Virus record (IMG/VR): IMGVR_UViG_3300045988_016066
Span: 1 to 41,798 of that record
From: a virus
Direction: 5' to 3' (one strand)
Length of the DNA stretch: 41,798 bases
The notes under the pieces were generated by a model. The model made no database searches. It saw only the letters and a program-made list of their open reading frames with translations, and was not told where the DNA came from. Shown piece after piece: positions 1 to 9,226 of this stretch. The position numbers and the translations under genes are program-made. Position 1 is the first letter of the stretch; the number at the start of each line of letters is the position of its first letter.

Positions 1-54
1 GATCGTAAAACCACGCGCCGAGCTTCTGCTTTCGCTCCTCGCCGTTGCCCCACT
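1..54. repeat. Terminal direct repeat, left copy (identical to 41745..41798)
   Basis: gatcgtaaaaccacgcgccgagcttctgctttcgctcctcgccgttgccccact occurs at both window ends in the same orientation. Confidence 0.95.
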
Positions 55-718
55 TCCCGTCAAGCACCTCCTGCGCCATCGCCGGAATGCTCACAAGCAC
101 CCCGTCTTTCCCATCGGGATCCGTAGGGGAGGGGCTCTGCTCCTCCCGCTCCCCGAAGTACGAAAGCGGGACGTGCATGATATCAAGGTCAAGTGGCTCC
201 CCGCGGTACTGGTGAAAGATGCATTTCCCAGACAGATCGGGATAATGCTCCCCGTCGTTCCAGCCCCACGCCGCGATCCATTTGTCGTAGCCGGTATTCC
301 CGATATGCTCGTCAAACCAGCTCTGCGACGCATATACGCCCGTTCTGTTCCCTGCCTCTTCCATAGCCGCGCAGAACGTTTTGCACATGGCGGTGATTGT
401 CTCGTTAGACGGGAAGCCGTTCGTCTGCTTGTACCCGTCCGCGTCCTCCATGTCGAACCAAACGCCGAGACGCGGCTTCCGGCCATTGAGAAAGCGCAGA
501 CACCGCTCCGCCTCCAATTTAGCCGTCTGCACATTCAGCGCATAGCTGTACCAGTAGATGCCCCACGGGATACCGAGCGCGTCACATTTGGCAATGTTGC
601 GCTCCGCCCATTTGTCGGCATTTCGGATGCCGTAGCCGCCGCGGATGATGACGAAGCCATCCTTGTACGGCGTGAAATCGAAATCGCCCTGATGCTCGGA
701 AACGTCAATACCGTTCAT
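1..718 (-). CDS. Endolysin, GH25 muramidase domain (5' 239 codons of a gene that wraps the junction and ends at 41704)
   Basis: Absent from the ORF track because it runs off the window. ATG at 718 gives MNGIDVSEHQGDFDFTPYKDGFVIIRGGYG...LGVWFDMEDADGY...VYASQSWF (GH25-type DxSxxQG and D-x-E motifs). The frame stays open through position 1. Confidence 0.85.
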   Translation of the reverse strand, partial: MNGIDVSEHQGDFDFTPYKDGFVIIRGGYGIRNADKWAERNIAKCDALGIPWGIYWYSYALNVQTAKLEAERCLRFLNGRKPRLGVWFDMEDADGYKQTNGFPSNETITAMCKTFCAAMEEAGNRTGVYASQSWFDEHIGNTGYDKWIAAWGWNDGEHYPDLSGKCIFHQYRGEPLDLDIMHVPLSYFGEREEQSPSPTDPDGKDGVLVSIPAMAQEVLDGKWGNGEERKQKLGAWFYD

Positions 719-1221
719 TTCCATGTCCCTCCTGCTTTGAATTTTGCCACGGCGTCCTTCCATCCGCTGCCGGTCTTGACCTTGACTTGCGCGGGCTTCC
801 ATCCGCCGCCGGTTTTTATATAAACCGTCGCGCCGTGCAGCGCGGGGGCGGTAAAGGTCGCGGTTTGAACAGCTACCACGTTGTTCACGCAGCCGACCTT
901 TGCGGCTATCGTTACGCCCTCGCCAGCATCACCTACGAAATAGAACGTTGTCGTGCCCTTTGATACGGCGAAGGACGTGTCCTCCGTTCCGGTAACGTCG
1001 CCAATGTCGCACCGGAGCTTCCATTTCTCCGGAGGGTAATACGTCCCGTAGCTGCCGTCGCCGCTCGTCAGCTCGGCTTTGACAGCAAATTGTCTGCCGT
1101 TCAGTCGTGCGATATGAAGCGTTCCGGAAAGGCTCCAATGGTTCGCTCTTCCATAAATGCTTTTTTCCTGCTCCCAAGCGCTGCCGCCTGGAAGCTCCGG
1201 CGCTGTCTGTGACCATGCCAT
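715..1221 (-). CDS. Tail-fibre module protein with C-terminal GGxWK repeats (receptor-binding accessory?)
   Basis: 168-aa ORF. Its stop overlaps the endolysin ATG (ATGA). C-terminus is YIKTGGGWKPAQVKVKTGSGWKDAVAKFKAGGTWK. The role is inferred from position only. Confidence 0.55.
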   Translation of the reverse strand: MAWSQTAPELPGGSAWEQEKSIYGRANHWSLSGTLHIARLNGRQFAVKAELTSGDGSYGTYYPPEKWKLRCDIGDVTGTEDTSFAVSKGTTTFYFVGDAGEGVTIAAKVGCVNNVVAVQTATFTAPALHGATVYIKTGGGWKPAQVKVKTGSGWKDAVAKFKAGGTWK

Positions 1222-1231
1222 TCAGATCACC

Positions 1232-2434
1232 TCACTCCGAATACATGAGATAAATATCCCCGTCGCTGCCGAGCTCGGCGCCCGGCTCCGTCGTTCCGGC
1301 GTAGATGTGCCGCACCTGATCGGCGGAAAGGCCGAACTTCGTATACGGAATATCGTTCGCGAGCTTCTCGGCGGTCACGGCGTTCGGCGCGAGCAGCGCC
1401 GTCGTGATGGCAAGCCCCAAAATCTTCGCTGTCGTAACCACCCCGTCGCCAAGATTCGCGGTGCCGACCGCACCCGGCGCGTCAGACAATGCGCCCAGAT
1501 TTGCCCGCGCCCCCGCCGCGTCCTTCGCGCCCGTGCCGCCGGAATCAACGGGCAGCGCCGTGGTTTTAAAGGCCGCGCGGATTTTTGACACGATGTTAGA
1601 CCAAGGGGTTTTCCGATTCAGCGATACGGAAACATCATAGAACGGGAAATAGTCCCCGTCCGCAAGCGTCGCTTCTGCGGCAAGATCTTTTGTCGCCGCC
1701 TGTTTCGCTTCAATCGCATCCGGAATCGTAGTTTCATCGTCTGCGCTAACGTGGATATCGTCGCCGGTTAACGTCACGTTGCCGGAGGCGTCCGGCGATT
1801 TCGTGTTCACTGACACGACAGAGCCGGAGCCGTTCATGCCGTTATAGACGGGGAATGTGGTAAACTCCCCATTGTAGAACGTGATTTTGTATGTGTCAGT
1901 CGTACCGGCGGCGTGTGTGCCGCTTTGCAGCGTAATGGACGCTATACCGTTGCCGTTCTTTACGTTAAACGTGGAGGTCGTTCCGTCCGTGAGCGTAACG
2001 GTGTAGGTGTCCGTCAAGCCGCTCGTTCCGGTTTTGGCAATGCTCTTGATGGATGAACCGTTTGTCACGGTAAAGTTGGTGCTTGTGTTATCCGAGAACG
2101 AGATTTTGTAAGTGTCCACAAGACCGGACGTGCTGATTTTTGCAACACTTGTGATTGCCCGACCATCCGTTCCCTTGTCGCCCTTTGCGCCGGTCGCGCC
2201 GCGTACCGAGGTCGTCTTTACCTCCGTATCGTCAGCCATGATAAACGTCAGGGTATAGTCATCGTTTAGGGTAATGCTCTTAATGCCGCCATGACCGTCA
2301 AGAGCCGTTGCAAGGTCGTTGATAAGCACCTGCCCGGTCAGGGACTTTGCCTGTCCTGCCTGTTCCATAACAAACAGGTCTGTCGTTGTCACGGTTGATG
2401 CTCTCGGAAGCTCGCCTACTGTTTTGTCCGCCAA
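1232..2434 (-). CDS. Tail fibre / receptor-binding protein
   Basis: 400 aa with a TTG start 6 nt after AAGGAGGGC. Has a short collagen-like GATGAKGDKGTDG and three ~35-aa repeats (I.S[IV]AK..TSGL.DTY.[IV].[FL].D.T.T.F.V.NG). It is the last large gene of the tail module. Confidence 0.75.
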   Translation of the reverse strand: MADKTVGELPRASTVTTTDLFVMEQAGQAKSLTGQVLINDLATALDGHGGIKSITLNDDYTLTFIMADDTEVKTTSVRGATGAKGDKGTDGRAITSVAKISTSGLVDTYKISFSDNTSTNFTVTNGSSIKSIAKTGTSGLTDTYTVTLTDGTTSTFNVKNGNGIASITLQSGTHAAGTTDTYKITFYNGEFTTFPVYNGMNGSGSVVSVNTKSPDASGNVTLTGDDIHVSADDETTIPDAIEAKQAATKDLAAEATLADGDYFPFYDVSVSLNRKTPWSNIVSKIRAAFKTTALPVDSGGTGAKDAAGARANLGALSDAPGAVGTANLGDGVVTTAKILGLAITTALLAPNAVTAEKLANDIPYTKFGLSADQVRHIYAGTTEPGAELGSDGDIYLMYSE

Positions 2435-2437
2435 GGA

Positions 2438-2569
2438 TTAGCCCTCCTTTGTTTCCGCTGCAATCAATTTCTCAATAAGCAGCTTGATATAAACGAGCTT
2501 CTCGAAATTCTCCCATCCATCGACGCGGAGAGTGCCGAGAAGCTCCTTGATTTTGTTAAGCTCGTTCAT
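2438..2569 (-). CDS. Small hypothetical protein (43 aa)
   Basis: Not in the ORF track (under 60 aa). Sequence MNELNKIKELLGTLRVDGWENFEKLVYIKLLIEKLIAAETKEG. Has an ATGA overlap with the upstream gene and GGAGGAAG upstream, and fills the gap before the fibre gene. Confidence 0.45.
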   Translation of the reverse strand: MNELNKIKELLGTLRVDGWENFEKLVYIKLLIEKLIAAETKEG

Positions 2570-2832
2570 TCTTCCTCCCCGGCGAAAAGCCGACGAAGAG
2601 TTACGCGTATACCATCGTCCTGTATTGCTATTCCCAAAAGTTTGACAAACCCGGTATATTCGTAAATTTCTCCGTTATTATCGTATTGTATTGTTTCGAG
2701 ATTGCTCTTTTGGGAGAAGAAATCTGCAATCTCCATAACAGATACGCCGGTGATAACAATATGCATGTTCCCGGCAGTGCTTACGCCGAAAAAGGAACAT
2801 TCAAAAGTTTTTCCGTTTGCAGTAATCATCAA
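2566..2832 (-). CDS. Hypothetical tail-module protein
   Basis: 88-aa ORF, ATGA-coupled on both sides inside the tail operon. Confidence 0.55.
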   Translation of the reverse strand: MMITANGKTFECSFFGVSTAGNMHIVITGVSVMEIADFFSQKSNLETIQYDNNGEIYEYTGFVKLLGIAIQDDGIRVTLRRLFAGEEE

Positions 2833-4067
2833 GCCCTGTTTCCTCTCTTCAAAACAATGTGTTGAACGCCGCTTTTATCTGTGATTGTGTCCCAAAAAGA
2901 ATAGTAATTCTGGAAAACCAACGTTCCTGCTTTCACGTAGCCTGCCTTTGCATAACCGACACTTAACGCTCCGGTTGAAAAGTCGCTGAAATCATATCCG
3001 TTTGCTAACCCTGTATTTATCCAGTTGTTTGTGTTGGCAGAGGTTATTGTTCCTCCGCCTATCTGACCGCCGGATATGTATCCCGCATACTCTCCATTTT
3101 GCGTGCCGGTTTGAATGCGATTTGCAAACACATTCCCGGTGAACGTTCCGTCCGTTGCGTATAGTTGGCCGTAGCTGTTTACGCGGAATTTGCCGCCGCC
3201 GAGGGCGATGCCATCTGTCCCGATGTACACACCGTCCACCGTCCCGTACAGTTCCGACAGCTTGTTATATATGGCGTTCTGTGTGATAGTAAACCCGCTG
3301 TCTTTGCTTCCAATGAACCCGGATGTTGCCGTTATCTTGCCGGTGATGTCTACACCGTCTTTCGTCGCCCTGAACACTTCCTGCCCGGAGCTTTCCAGAA
3401 CAAACCCGTCCGCCGTCAGCGACCAACCAAAAGAGGCGGAATTGCCGCCGGTCTGCGTCACTCTCGCGGCGATCTCCTGCGCGTGCAGTTCCAATGCCGC
3501 CCGCATTTCCGCTTCGCTTGCTTCCCTGGCTGTGACCTCTGCCTGAATGCTCGCGGCATTAACTCTAAGGCTTGCTCGTGTCTCGGCAAACTGCCGTTTG
3601 GTTTTACGGTCGGCAGGAGATTTATATGGGTACTCGTGGTCAACCGCGTTCTCCTGCGGTGCGGAGATACGCGCCGCCATCATCGTGGAGAAATTGGTTT
3701 CTTTTACATAGATGCCGGAAAAAACGCCGTTAATGGTAACGCCGTCGCCAAGCTCCGCCGCAGGGTCAAGCTTCGCCCATTCTGTGTCATACGGACGATA
3801 GACAAATTCCCTGATGCTCTCTAAGATGTCGTTTGCCATCTGTTGAGAACCCCACGGGCAGTCAAGCTCTAAGACGTTGTCCCCGCGCCCAGCCTCATAG
3901 TAGGAATCGTCGTCCACGTTGATGCGGACTTTTGTATACTTCGGAAGTTCGGGTGTCGTTGTGTATCCCTTTGCGCTTCTTCCGACAAAAACCGATTCAG
4001 ACAAGGATTCTGTCACCTCCGAACGTGAGGACATACCCGGCAGTATCCACGAGATAGTGCGTCTCAA
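2829..4067 (-). CDS. Tail-tip / baseplate structural protein (central coiled coil, Gly-rich C-terminal part)
   Basis: 412-aa ORF with coiled coil RASLRVNAASIQAEVTAREASEAEMRAALELHAQEIAARV. The more likely start is TTG at 4004 (GGAGGTG 9 nt upstream) rather than 4067. Confidence 0.7.
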   Translation of the reverse strand: MRRTISWILPGMSSRSEVTESLSESVFVGRSAKGYTTTPELPKYTKVRINVDDDSYYEAGRGDNVLELDCPWGSQQMANDILESIREFVYRPYDTEWAKLDPAAELGDGVTINGVFSGIYVKETNFSTMMAARISAPQENAVDHEYPYKSPADRKTKRQFAETRASLRVNAASIQAEVTAREASEAEMRAALELHAQEIAARVTQTGGNSASFGWSLTADGFVLESSGQEVFRATKDGVDITGKITATSGFIGSKDSGFTITQNAIYNKLSELYGTVDGVYIGTDGIALGGGKFRVNSYGQLYATDGTFTGNVFANRIQTGTQNGEYAGYISGGQIGGGTITSANTNNWINTGLANGYDFSDFSTGALSVGYAKAGYVKAGTLVFQNYYSFWDTITDKSGVQHIVLKRGNRA

Positions 4068-4767
4068 CGCCGATTTCGTTTAGCCGGACAAGATGGAGCT
4101 TTCCATCGTCTGACATGATGAAGTTTCCGGCATACATCGCGGCAATATACCCGAGGATTTCCCGCATGGCATACCCTCCGGGATACTGCACCGGATACCC
4201 GCGCTGCATGATGTCAAACGTGCGTGCATCGACCTCCACGCCCATATGCCCAGCAACAAGGCTTACAACATCAATGTCCGTTTTTGGCCATTCGCCGATG
4301 TCCCCATTCACGGGAAAATCGTTCTCGGCCTTCAACATCGCGTCGTATCCGTGGAATACGATTTCGTCCGTGCTCTCTCCGTCGGAGCGCGTGTCTATAT
4401 AGAAAACGCCCTTCGGTATCCACTCGCTTTCCTTCGTGTCATTCACGGCACGGATAAACGGCTTGATGGAGGACATTCTCTTGATCGTCGCCGTCGGCTT
4501 TACCATCGTGACATCGATTTCCGCGGCTACACAGCACCCGACCATCGGCTTGTCGTCCGTGAAAAGGTGCTGCGTGGTCTTGATCTCTTTGAGCATGTTC
4601 CCGCCGTATCCGCCGGAATCGGAATCGTAATAAATCCTCGTCCCGCCAAACGTGATATAATCGGCGTGCTCATCGATCAAATAAAACTCGTCGCCGATGA
4701 CGAGCTTGTTCTCGAACCAATGCGTACCGGCGACGATTTCCTTGTAGGTTGCGCTTGTGTTCTGCAT
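3997..4767 (-). CDS. Tail-tip protein (Tal/hub position)
   Basis: 256-aa ORF, second gene after the tape measure. Assignment is by position. Confidence 0.6.
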   Translation of the reverse strand: MQNTSATYKEIVAGTHWFENKLVIGDEFYLIDEHADYITFGGTRIYYDSDSGGYGGNMLKEIKTTQHLFTDDKPMVGCCVAAEIDVTMVKPTATIKRMSSIKPFIRAVNDTKESEWIPKGVFYIDTRSDGESTDEIVFHGYDAMLKAENDFPVNGDIGEWPKTDIDVVSLVAGHMGVEVDARTFDIMQRGYPVQYPGGYAMREILGYIAAMYAGNFIMSDDGKLHLVRLNEIGVETHYLVDTAGYVLTFGGDRILV

Positions 4768-4769
4768 GG

Positions 4770-5135
4770 CTATCTCTCCACAAGGGCGAGCGCATCAATG
4801 TTCCAGCGTTCTTTCCCATCACCGAAAGATGTATCGACCGTAGCCTTGCCGGTGCTGTTGTACATCGTCGTGACTTGAGTACCCTTTAACCACGGGTTTG
4901 TGTATGTTACTTCGACGTACTCCGGCATAAGCGTCGGAAGAACGATCTCGGCGTCTTTGGTGTACAGCGGCTTAAATGTTGCATCAATGCGGAATTTTGT
5001 TGCGATCCTCGCCCGGTGCATCGTGTAATCCATCGTGCGCCCTGCGTCCGAGCTGTCGCCGTCCTCTCTGGTCACGGTGTACCCGCCGCCGTCAAGATAC
5101 GGAAGCATATCAACGCCGTTGACAATCAGCTTCAT
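4770..5135 (-). CDS. Distal-tail-protein-like small protein
   Basis: 121-aa ORF with an ATGA overlap to the tape measure stop. Assignment is by position. Confidence 0.55.
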   Translation of the reverse strand: MKLIVNGVDMLPYLDGGGYTVTREDGDSSDAGRTMDYTMHRARIATKFRIDATFKPLYTKDAEIVLPTLMPEYVEVTYTNPWLKGTQVTTMYNSTGKATVDTSFGDGKERWNIDALALVER

Positions 5136-7285
5136 TTACCGCGCCCCCTGTTCCGCTCCTCGGTATAGGTGTACATGATTTCACCGACCTTGCGCTTATC
5201 AAGGTAAACGTCGCTCGGTTTGATTTGTTCGTTGCCACGCGCAGTTAAACGGTCGAGAAGCGCGTCCAGCTTACTTTCAAACTCTGGGGATATACCATAC
5301 CCATACCCGGAGGAAAACGCATTAGGCGGCACTACACCGCCCATAGCAACGGCGGGCATTCTCATGCTCAAACCGGCGAACTTATCCGTCATCCGGTCAA
5401 CAATGCCGTCCGCAACCATCGACACCCACTGCGTGTTTCTCTCAAGCGGAATGACGGCCTCCGAGCCATCTTCGCCGGCAATAAACGGAGTGCCCTTTTT
5501 GACGATGCCGCCCTTGGCGAGGCGCGGGATAGATACAGCGCTTGCCCGCCAGTTTATACCGCCGCCGCCGAAGAATTGCAAAACGCTGCTGAACGCCCCG
5601 ACGAGGTTATTGAACATCGTAATAACGCCGTTAACAAACGCTTCCACAGTGCCAAGGATACTGTTGATAAGTGAAGCGCCCCAACGTTTTATTTCAACCC
5701 ATACGTCGATCCATGCGCTCTTGATCTTGTCAAGCGCCGCCGACCAATCGCCGGTGGCGAAACCGTATACAACAGCGGCCAGCGTTTCAAAGATTGCCTT
5801 TATAAGTGACAATGCCGTGCGAATAGCGCCGACGATATTGTTAAAAGAATACTGAACGACGCCGTAAAGCAGAATGAATACTTGAGAAAGGACGTTGCCC
5901 TTTTCGGAAAGCGTTTTCAGCGCATTGTCGAACCACCCATTGACTATGCCGCTGATCTTGTCGAAAAACGCTGTGATGTCATCCCACCACCCGGACAGGA
6001 ATGAACCGAGAGCAAGGAACGCTCCGATTGCAAGCGGTATCCATGATCCGGTGAGAAGGGCAAGACCGATACCGATTTTAAGAAACCCGGTTGACATCTC
6101 CGCGCACATGTCTTTCGTAAGGCTTCCGGTGTTGATGAAATTTTTAAAAGCATCAATCAAATCCAGAGTGCCGAAAAGAACCAGCGCAATACTCGCGGCA
6201 GTTTTCCCGAACGCAAGCCCGATAGCAAGTGCTGCTATCCCCTCCAACAGGTTTTTGATAAGCCCGAGGTTGTTCTTGATCTTGTCGCTGATGGCTACAT
6301 CTTCGTACTTGATCCCGCTGCCGGAACCGCCCCCGCCGCCACCGGAGGACGAATCCTGCGCAATGGTCAGCGTATCAATGCCCATGAGCTGCTTTTTCAT
6401 TTCCTTTGCAGCGCCAGCGCCGGAGGATAGATTGTCGCTCAACTTTCCAGTGTTGGTTATGGCCCGCTTGAATGTGCTTTTCCCACTAAGAGCCGCAAAG
6501 AACGCCGCGATAGCGTCCACCGCCTTTGTGAGCCAGCCGATGAGCGTCTGCAATACAGGGATAACCGCGGTAAGTATCGGGGCGAACGCCGCACCCCATG
6601 ATGCTTTTAGCCCCTGTAAAGACGCTTTCAGTTCGTTAATGCTTTTCCGTGTCTCCGGGTCATTATCGGCATAAGCCTTAACCGCTTCAACGGTGTATTG
6701 CTTGAGCTTTCGGAAAAGGACGAACAGCGAGCGGATGCCGATGCCGTATTTGAGCAGATTCTTTATTCCGCTCTTAATGGACTGCTGCGCACCTTCCATC
6801 GCTGCCTTGAGGTCAGCACCTTTAGACGCATCGGTGATTGTCTGCGTCAGCTCCCCGGCTCTTTTTTTCTGTTCTTCAAGCTCCGCTGTCTGCTGTTTCA
6901 GCTTGTCAACGATTTTCGCGTCCTGCGCTTCAAGCCTCTGTGCGGCTTTCTCTTTCTCCGCGAGAATCTTTTCCTGCTCGGCAAGCTGCGCTTTGATTTC
7001 CGCCTGCCGCTGGGTCTCTTCGATCCATGTCTGCGGGTCAGCATTGGCGTTAATTGCGGTTTTTGCCTCGCTCTCGGCCAATGAGGATTTCAGCTTTTCG
7101 ACCTTGTCATAGGCCTGCGCCGCTTCGTCCTGCGCCTGTTTGAGCTGTTCAACGATGGGTGCGCGTTTCGCCTCGCCGCTCTCTATTTTCTTTTTGAGCC
7201 TGTCCATGTCGCGTTGGAGCTTATCCAATTCTTTGGCGGCTTGCCCGGCGTCGATTTCTACTGGGAATCTAAGTTCTGTCGCCAT
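5132..7285 (-). CDS. Tail tape measure protein
   Basis: 717 aa. Has a long N-terminal coiled coil (LKKKIESGEAKRAPIVEQLKQAQDEAAQ...), a Gly run SSSGGGGGGSGSG and several hydrophobic segments. Lies between the chaperones and the tail tip genes. Confidence 0.9.
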   Translation of the reverse strand: MATELRFPVEIDAGQAAKELDKLQRDMDRLKKKIESGEAKRAPIVEQLKQAQDEAAQAYDKVEKLKSSLAESEAKTAINANADPQTWIEETQRQAEIKAQLAEQEKILAEKEKAAQRLEAQDAKIVDKLKQQTAELEEQKKRAGELTQTITDASKGADLKAAMEGAQQSIKSGIKNLLKYGIGIRSLFVLFRKLKQYTVEAVKAYADNDPETRKSINELKASLQGLKASWGAAFAPILTAVIPVLQTLIGWLTKAVDAIAAFFAALSGKSTFKRAITNTGKLSDNLSSGAGAAKEMKKQLMGIDTLTIAQDSSSGGGGGGSGSGIKYEDVAISDKIKNNLGLIKNLLEGIAALAIGLAFGKTAASIALVLFGTLDLIDAFKNFINTGSLTKDMCAEMSTGFLKIGIGLALLTGSWIPLAIGAFLALGSFLSGWWDDITAFFDKISGIVNGWFDNALKTLSEKGNVLSQVFILLYGVVQYSFNNIVGAIRTALSLIKAIFETLAAVVYGFATGDWSAALDKIKSAWIDVWVEIKRWGASLINSILGTVEAFVNGVITMFNNLVGAFSSVLQFFGGGGINWRASAVSIPRLAKGGIVKKGTPFIAGEDGSEAVIPLERNTQWVSMVADGIVDRMTDKFAGLSMRMPAVAMGGVVPPNAFSSGYGYGISPEFESKLDALLDRLTARGNEQIKPSDVYLDKRKVGEIMYTYTEERNRGRGK

Positions 7286-7289
7286 CGCA

Positions 7290-7829
7290 TCACGTCCATT
7301 TCTTCAACATTTCTTCGTCCTCTGCCGTGTACTTCGTCGGTATTGTTACTAAGTCCCGATTCTGCCGCAGCCATTCCCGCTCGTATTTTTCGAGCTTTTT
7401 GCCTTTGGCAAGTTTCGAGCGCAGCGACACGATTTGCGAGAATGCGCAGTCCCCGCCTATCTCCATGTACGCACCCATGAACGTCCACCAATGGAGATAT
7501 TCGACCGAGCGGCATTCGTAGCCGAGAACACGGTTGACCGGCGCGACGATATATGGGAAGTCCTTTTCCCAGTCTACAAGACGGGCTGATTTCGTCCCGT
7601 GCGGCTGTCCGAGGTCGATGAACCAGAAGCACTTCTCCAATGCTTCCGAATAGTCCGTCAGTGTTTCCCAATCGGGAAAAATCGTCTGTATTGTCGCCTC
7701 CGCCTTATCCGCATCGGAAAAATCAGGGTCATTCAAGACCTCTATGAGATCGAGAATAACCCTGTAATCCGAGCGTATCGCATGGTCTGCACCGCCGACG
7801 GAAAGCGACATCGGCAGGGAGTAGATCAT
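7290..7829 (-). CDS. Tail assembly protein, phage Gp15-family-like (T-like partner of the chaperone pair)
   Basis: 179 aa, MIYSLPMSLSVGGADHAIRSDYRVILDLIEVLNDPDFSD. Has an ATGA overlap with the upstream chaperone. Its frame is open for 17 codons upstream of its ATG. Confidence 0.65.
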   Translation of the reverse strand: MIYSLPMSLSVGGADHAIRSDYRVILDLIEVLNDPDFSDADKAEATIQTIFPDWETLTDYSEALEKCFWFIDLGQPHGTKSARLVDWEKDFPYIVAPVNRVLGYECRSVEYLHWWTFMGAYMEIGGDCAFSQIVSLRSKLAKGKKLEKYEREWLRQNRDLVTIPTKYTAEDEEMLKKWT

Positions 7830-8245
7830 TTCTTGAATTTTGCGAGATACTTTTGCAGCTTCGGATTCGTCTTTTTCTTTTCAGCCGTAAAGGTATCGTT
7901 CATGTTGTCGATGAGGCAGAGCATCAGGTTGCACCACACGGGCAGACCGTCCGCCATCGCGTAGGTGTTCATCGTGCCATACAGGGGAGTGCAAACGTCA
8001 AAGCCGAAAAGACCGTTGATAAGCTCTCGCATCTCCCCGTCCATCGCACGGGCGGCAGCAAAGATTTTCTTCGCGTCGTTCTCCCCGGCGAGCATCGCCT
8101 GGTATTTGTCCTGCTGCTTGTCCATCGCGTCAAACGCATTAAAAACGCGCTCGATAAAGTCAATGTCGGTGAGGTTGAGCAACACCGTCACCTTTCCGTT
8201 GATGGAGATTTCCTGTACTCCGGTATCATGTCTAAGTTCAAGCAT
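7826..8245 (-). CDS. Tail assembly chaperone (G-like)
   Basis: 139-aa acidic ORF between the major tail and tape measure genes. Confidence 0.65.
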   Translation of the reverse strand: MLELRHDTGVQEISINGKVTVLLNLTDIDFIERVFNAFDAMDKQQDKYQAMLAGENDAKKIFAAARAMDGEMRELINGLFGFDVCTPLYGTMNTYAMADGLPVWCNLMLCLIDNMNDTFTAEKKKTNPKLQKYLAKFKK

Positions 8246-8263
8246 TGCTTAACCTCCTGAAAA

Positions 8264-8773
8264 TTAGGTCTCCGGCGTAAACTCGATAGCGCCGCTAGTG
8301 CCCTTCGTGGCCGTGCCCTTCGTGCGCTTGCCGCCGTAGGTCACATTGATGGGCATTCCGACGCTGCCGCCGCCCTCACCGCCGAGACCAGTGACCTCGA
8401 CCATGCAGGATTCGTAGCGCTCGGCGAATCCAGCGTAAGTGTGGACGATGAGCATGTCCATAGCCGCAAGCGCCATCGCGTCCTGATCGACAACGGCGAG
8501 CTTCCAAATCTTCTGCTGCGCCGCGTCGCCGCTGTCCAGCTCGCACGGCTCGAAAGACTGCGTAATGACAGGCTTCTTCATCGTGCCGTAGGTATCGCCG
8601 AGAATGTCTTTCTTGCTCTCGGTAGACCAGTCGTATTCCTCGGAGCTGTCCTCCACGCGCTTGCCGATCACCGACCAAACAGGAGCGGAACTCGTGCCGG
8701 TATTCAGATAAGCGAGAAGCAGCTCACGCGCCACAGTCTGCCCCGCAGTAGTGGTAAACGTGTATTCAGCCAT
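8264..8773 (-). CDS. Major tail protein
   Basis: 169 aa, MAEYTFTTTAGQTVARELLLAYLNTGTSSAPVWSVIGKRVEDSSEEYDWS. Sits in the canonical position upstream of the chaperone pair. Confidence 0.7.
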   Translation of the reverse strand: MAEYTFTTTAGQTVARELLLAYLNTGTSSAPVWSVIGKRVEDSSEEYDWSTESKKDILGDTYGTMKKPVITQSFEPCELDSGDAAQQKIWKLAVVDQDAMALAAMDMLIVHTYAGFAERYESCMVEVTGLGGEGGGSVGMPINVTYGGKRTKGTATKGTSGAIEFTPET

Positions 8774-8776
8774 TCG

Positions 8777-9226
8777 TTAAATCACCTCGTAAATTAAAGT
8801 TAAGAGGATCTGGTGATCCTCTATGTCTCCCTCGTATCTGGCAAAAAGAGCCGCCGCCGTGTCGCGTTTGACCTTGCGCACGCGGATACCGTCCGCAATC
8901 GTCAGACTGCCCGCGTTTGCCTCTGCCCACGCGCCGTATGCATCCAGCACCTCATCCGCGCTCATTCTCTCGTCTGCGTTCTTCGCCGGGACGCGATAAA
9001 TAAGTTTGAACTGGTACTGTGCCTGATACGAGCCGTCGATAAACTGCTTGGTTTTGTACGCCGCCTGAATGGTAGATATACATAAACCGCTTTTCTCACC
9101 CAGCCATTCAAAGTCAAGCTTGGAAAGCGGCTTATCCGGGTACGCATTCAGCCATTGCCGAACGGCGCGGCTCACGTCTGCATTTTCTTCCGCAGACACT
9201 AAAGTTTTAGGTTTTTTCTCATCCAA
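8777..9226 (-). CDS. Head-tail joining / tail completion protein
   Basis: 149-aa ORF, third of four small genes between the capsid and major tail genes. Confidence 0.6.
   Translation of the reverse strand: MDEKKPKTLVSAEENADVSRAVRQWLNAYPDKPLSKLDFEWLGEKSGLCISTIQAAYKTKQFIDGSYQAQYQFKLIYRVPAKNADERMSADEVLDAYGAWAEANAGSLTIADGIRVRKVKRDTAAALFARYEGDIEDHQILLTLIYEVI

Noticed and set aside
91-823. ORF-track entries 91..534 (-) and 173..823 (+) as genes
   Set aside because: Both give Arg/Pro-rich, non-native-looking translations. A third frame on the minus strand encodes a clean GH25 muramidase that starts at 718 and runs off the window, so these are shadow ORFs of a GC-rich gene.
1232-4067. Diversity-generating retroelement targeting the tail fibre
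   Set aside because: No reverse transcriptase ORF and no template/variable repeat pair could be found anywhere in the window. The fibre repeats are ordinary protein modules.
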